64,000 nucleotides of DNA from Bdellovibrionales bacterium (GTDB lineage: Bacteria; Bdellovibrionota; Bdellovibrionia; Bdellovibrionales; UBA1609), in contig CBDCMT010000001.1 of the NCBI GenBank assembly GCA_965219095.1, positions 224,001-288,000 on the forward strand, read 5' to 3'. Under the pieces are notes generated by a model that was not told the origin of the DNA, made no database searches, and saw only the letters and a program-made list of their open reading frames with translations. Positions 60,850 to 64,000 of this stretch are shown one piece after another. Position numbers and translations under genes: made by a program. Position 1 is the first letter of the stretch, and each line of letters begins with the position of its first letter.

Positions 60850-62493
60850 TTACTGTACAGAATAAACTAAACGATCAATATGAAAATCATAAACTTTAGC
60901 TTTGGGCTCTTCATCACTATTCTTAAAAGGGGTATATTCAATTCTTAAACTTTGAGCTTTATCTCCATCAGATATAAACACTCGATCAGCCTTTCCTCCT
61001 ACTATAGTTTCTACTAAAGAACCCACCTGATCTTTCTCTGAAGTTAGAGCAAAAATTTTGATCTTATCTTTAACAGCAAGATTGAGCTTTGAAAACTGAA
61101 CTGCCAATCTTATAGCTCCCTCTGGAGCTTTTATAAAAAAGTTAACGGGTGTCTTTGCTTTAAACTCTTTAGGTCTTGAAATGCTCACCTCCTTCATTTG
61201 CAACCAAAAACGAGAATCATTAGGATCAATAGGATTAAGGTCATTTTTCAAAGCTCTAGAAAGATTTATTAGACCATTAGAAATAGATAAATTTTTTAAC
61301 TTAGGATTATGATCTGAACTCCAAATAAGACGCTTTTTTATTTCTTTATAATTTAAATTAGGTTGATTTGACAAAAGAAGTGCTGCGGCACCTGCTACAT
61401 GGGGTGTAGCCATAGAAGTTCCGCTAAAAGATTTGTATTTACCTTTTAAAACAGTGCTAACCACTTTATGTCCTGGAGCAAAAACATGGACCGTTCTTTT
61501 ACCTGAATTAGAAAAAGAAGCTCTTTTTCCTTGAGAGGTCATAGCCCCAACAGATATCACATTATCTAGATTATAGTTCGCAGGATACAGACTTTTTCTA
61601 TCGCTATTTGAATTGTTGTTTCCTGCAGCCGCAATAAATAAAATCTCTTTTTTACGAGCTTTTTCAATGGCTTTTTCTAAAGCTCGGCTATAACTTGCTC
61701 CACCCCAAGAGTTTGAAAGAACATTAGCTCCCATTTTCACAGCATAATCAATGGACTTAATACCATTAGATAAATCTCCTCTGCCGAATCTGCTTATAAA
61801 CTTTACTGCCATCAAAGACACATCCCAGTTCACCCCTACAACACCGATTTCATTGTTGCCTTTAGCTCCAATGGTCCCAGCACAATGTGTGCCGTGACTA
61901 TGATCATCTAGGCCGTTGACTTTTTTATTCACAAAGTCCCATCCATGTACATCATCTACATAGCCATTTCCATCATCATCAATTTCGTTTTCAGGAATTT
62001 CTCCTTCATTCACCCACATGTTATCTTTCAAATCAGGGTGTGTGTAATCAATGCCCGTATCAATAACCGCTACAACAACATCCTTGCTCCCTGTTATATT
62101 TTTTTTCCAAACCTCTTTCACACCTATATCTATACCAGAGTACTCTTTGTTCTCAAGACCCCAAAGTTTACTTAACATAGGATCATTAGATAGGGGCTGA
62201 TCTTCTTCTCCCACAACATGGACTACTTGGTCCTTTTCTATAGCTTCAATTAAATCATCCTCAAGTAAAGTTAACTGTAAAGCACTTAAATCTTCATCGC
62301 TGTAAATAAGAAAAGTATCATCAGACAACCTCTCTATATTGGGTGCAGGAATTTGAAATAAAGAACTGAAATTAGAATCTGAAACACTCTCCTTTAAGGT
62401 AATGATGTACTGACCTTCTATGTATTTAGGCTCTGAGGCAGAGATGTCATATCCTAAAAAAATGACAGCCAAGAGCAAAATTATTTTTTTCAT
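60850..62493 (-). CDS. Secreted S8 subtilisin-like serine protease
   Basis: Signal peptide; VIDTG, HGTHCAG, AAAGN, SGTSMATPHVAG. Confidence 0.95.
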   Translation of the reverse strand: MKKIILLLAVIFLGYDISASEPKYIEGQYIITLKESVSDSNFSSLFQIPAPNIERLSDDTFLIYSDEDLSALQLTLLEDDLIEAIEKDQVVHVVGEEDQPLSNDPMLSKLWGLENKEYSGIDIGVKEVWKKNITGSKDVVVAVIDTGIDYTHPDLKDNMWVNEGEIPENEIDDDGNGYVDDVHGWDFVNKKVNGLDDHSHGTHCAGTIGAKGNNEIGVVGVNWDVSLMAVKFISRFGRGDLSNGIKSIDYAVKMGANVLSNSWGGASYSRALEKAIEKARKKEILFIAAAGNNNSNSDRKSLYPANYNLDNVISVGAMTSQGKRASFSNSGKRTVHVFAPGHKVVSTVLKGKYKSFSGTSMATPHVAGAAALLLSNQPNLNYKEIKKRLIWSSDHNPKLKNLSISNGLINLSRALKNDLNPIDPNDSRFWLQMKEVSISRPKEFKAKTPVNFFIKAPEGAIRLAVQFSKLNLAVKDKIKIFALTSEKDQVGSLVETIVGGKADRVFISDGDKAQSLRIEYTPFKNSDEEPKAKVYDFHIDRLVYSVQ

Positions 62494-62867
62494 AAAACCC
62501 TCCTTAGTTTTTTGTTTTTACTTACATAACATCATTGTATGAAAAAAAAATGGAAATATTTATATCTTTACCAAACCAAGAAAAAAATCTAGAAATTAGT
62601 TCAGTCTACCTATACTTTCAAATGGATTTTTTAATACTCAAGTCTTAAGACTTTAATACAAGGTGAAATGTTATTTTATACTTACTATTACTTTTCTTTA
62701 TCCTGAGTTTGACAGCAGTACATGGTTAAGTCGGTTATCTGACCGCCCTTGACTCCTACGAGGGGTATATTTCTTAGATTTTAAAGGAGAAGTTTTTATT
62801 GATCTTGTTGTAAAACAAGCCTGTAAAACATTTCTCTAAGGCCTTCCCCGTTACAAAAATAGCCTCC

Positions 62868-64000
62868 TCAAAAGAATCTGTGGGTTCCCGGAGGTTCTGG
62901 CAGTTTTCCAAGGTTATGATATAAGGCGATTTTTATAGCTTTAGAGGTTCTAAAGCCGTAAGATTTTCTCATAGTGAGTTTTACTTTGTTGTTTAAACCC
63001 TCTACAATCCCTGAGGAGAAGGTTTTTTTAGCCTTGAAGTAATTAAGAATAAGTAGCTTATGTCTTCGTATGGTTTTTGCTTCTCTTTTCATAGGTTCAA
63101 TTTTTGAAAGCATGACTCGTTTCGTCCAACTGTCTATAAATTTACCAGCCCAAGTTGGTGAAACATAGGTCCATAACTGTCGGAAGTCTTCTTTTAAAAA
63201 ATAACAGCGGATACTTTTTAAATTGTACTGTATTAAATGCCTTAATTTTACTTTTTCATAAGATTTTAAATTTTCTGCATTTTTTAACAAGGGCCATCTA
63301 GCTTTTGTTAAAAGGGGTTCATACCCGTCTTCTTTCATTTTTTTGTGTTCTGAAGCTCTCACTTCGTCTAAAGCCTTATTGAGTCTTGCTACGATATGAA
63401 ACCGATCTAATATGTGTAAAGCTCCACTTGCCCTCTCCTTTATGACTTTTAAATAAGGCTTCCACATATCAGAACACACAAACCGTATATCTTTTGACTT
63501 CTCTCCTAGTAAATCAAAGAATTTTCTAAAACTCTTTTCTGTTCTTTTTTCTCCTATCCATAGCAAACGAACACTTTCTTTGCTTATTTCATAGACTAAG
63601 GTGAGATACTGATGGTTCTTTTTCCATTGTATTTCATCTACACCTATAGCTTGTATTCCCTTTAAAACCCTTTGTTTTAAACCATATTCTACGACCCATT
63701 CTACCGAAGCATAGACCTGATTCCAACTGACATGAAACTTACAAGAAACCTCTTTCCAAGACAGGTGACGACACCAGTCTGCTAAATACTTCATGTAAAA
63801 AATTGTTAGGTTTTTCTTCCCATCTGCCCAAGGTAAATACTCAACTTTTACTCCACAGCAAGAACAATTAACTCTTCTTACAAAATAAACAAAAAACACC
63901 CTGTAACTTAAAATAGGAAGGGATTCAAAGTCCCGTGATGATTTACTGCTGTCATACACTGAACAGGGCTTCTTACAAACACTACAAAAAGCTTGGCCAT
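62868..64000 (-). CDS. ISL3-family transposase (partial, runs off window end)
   Basis: Zn-finger CSVC/CSCC, IGVDE, CSDMWKPY, LDRFHI, EGLNNKVK...SYGFR. Confidence 0.93.
   Translation of the reverse strand, partial: GQAFCSVCKKPCSVYDSSKSSRDFESLPILSYRVFFVYFVRRVNCSCCGVKVEYLPWADGKKNLTIFYMKYLADWCRHLSWKEVSCKFHVSWNQVYASVEWVVEYGLKQRVLKGIQAIGVDEIQWKKNHQYLTLVYEISKESVRLLWIGEKRTEKSFRKFFDLLGEKSKDIRFVCSDMWKPYLKVIKERASGALHILDRFHIVARLNKALDEVRASEHKKMKEDGYEPLLTKARWPLLKNAENLKSYEKVKLRHLIQYNLKSIRCYFLKEDFRQLWTYVSPTWAGKFIDSWTKRVMLSKIEPMKREAKTIRRHKLLILNYFKAKKTFSSGIVEGLNNKVKLTMRKSYGFRTSKAIKIALYHNLGKLPEPPGTHRFF

Overview
AT-rich bacterial chromosomal window. The host is most plausibly Bdellovibrionota (inference from gene content and secreted-protein style) and is in a heavy IS expansion: IS256, three IS630 types, IS1634, IS3, IS66, IS110, ISL3 and IS481-type ends, many nested, plus MITEs. 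Housekeeping blocks are bcp; addAB-coaE-nadK; tsaC-purD-HD dNTPase; thyA-folA; MnmC-type methyltransferase/TIGR01212 radical SAM/class II aldolase/mtnA; LysR; an M16 pair, rhomboid, sppA and an S8 protease. The most striking element is a tandem array (3.4-16 kb) of four paralogous signal-peptide proteins. By motif reading they fuse a diverged class II (CCA/poly(A) polymerase-like) nucleotidyltransferase, an H-Y-type ADP-ribosyltransferase-like domain with a hypervariable active-site loop, variable helical repeats and a terminal SCKxLF motif. No immunity gene is visible, and the array is enclosed by a 2.28-kb inverted duplication. A decayed integrase element ending at a tRNA-Gly-like 3' fragment follows. 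All domain calls come from reading motifs by eye, not from database searches.
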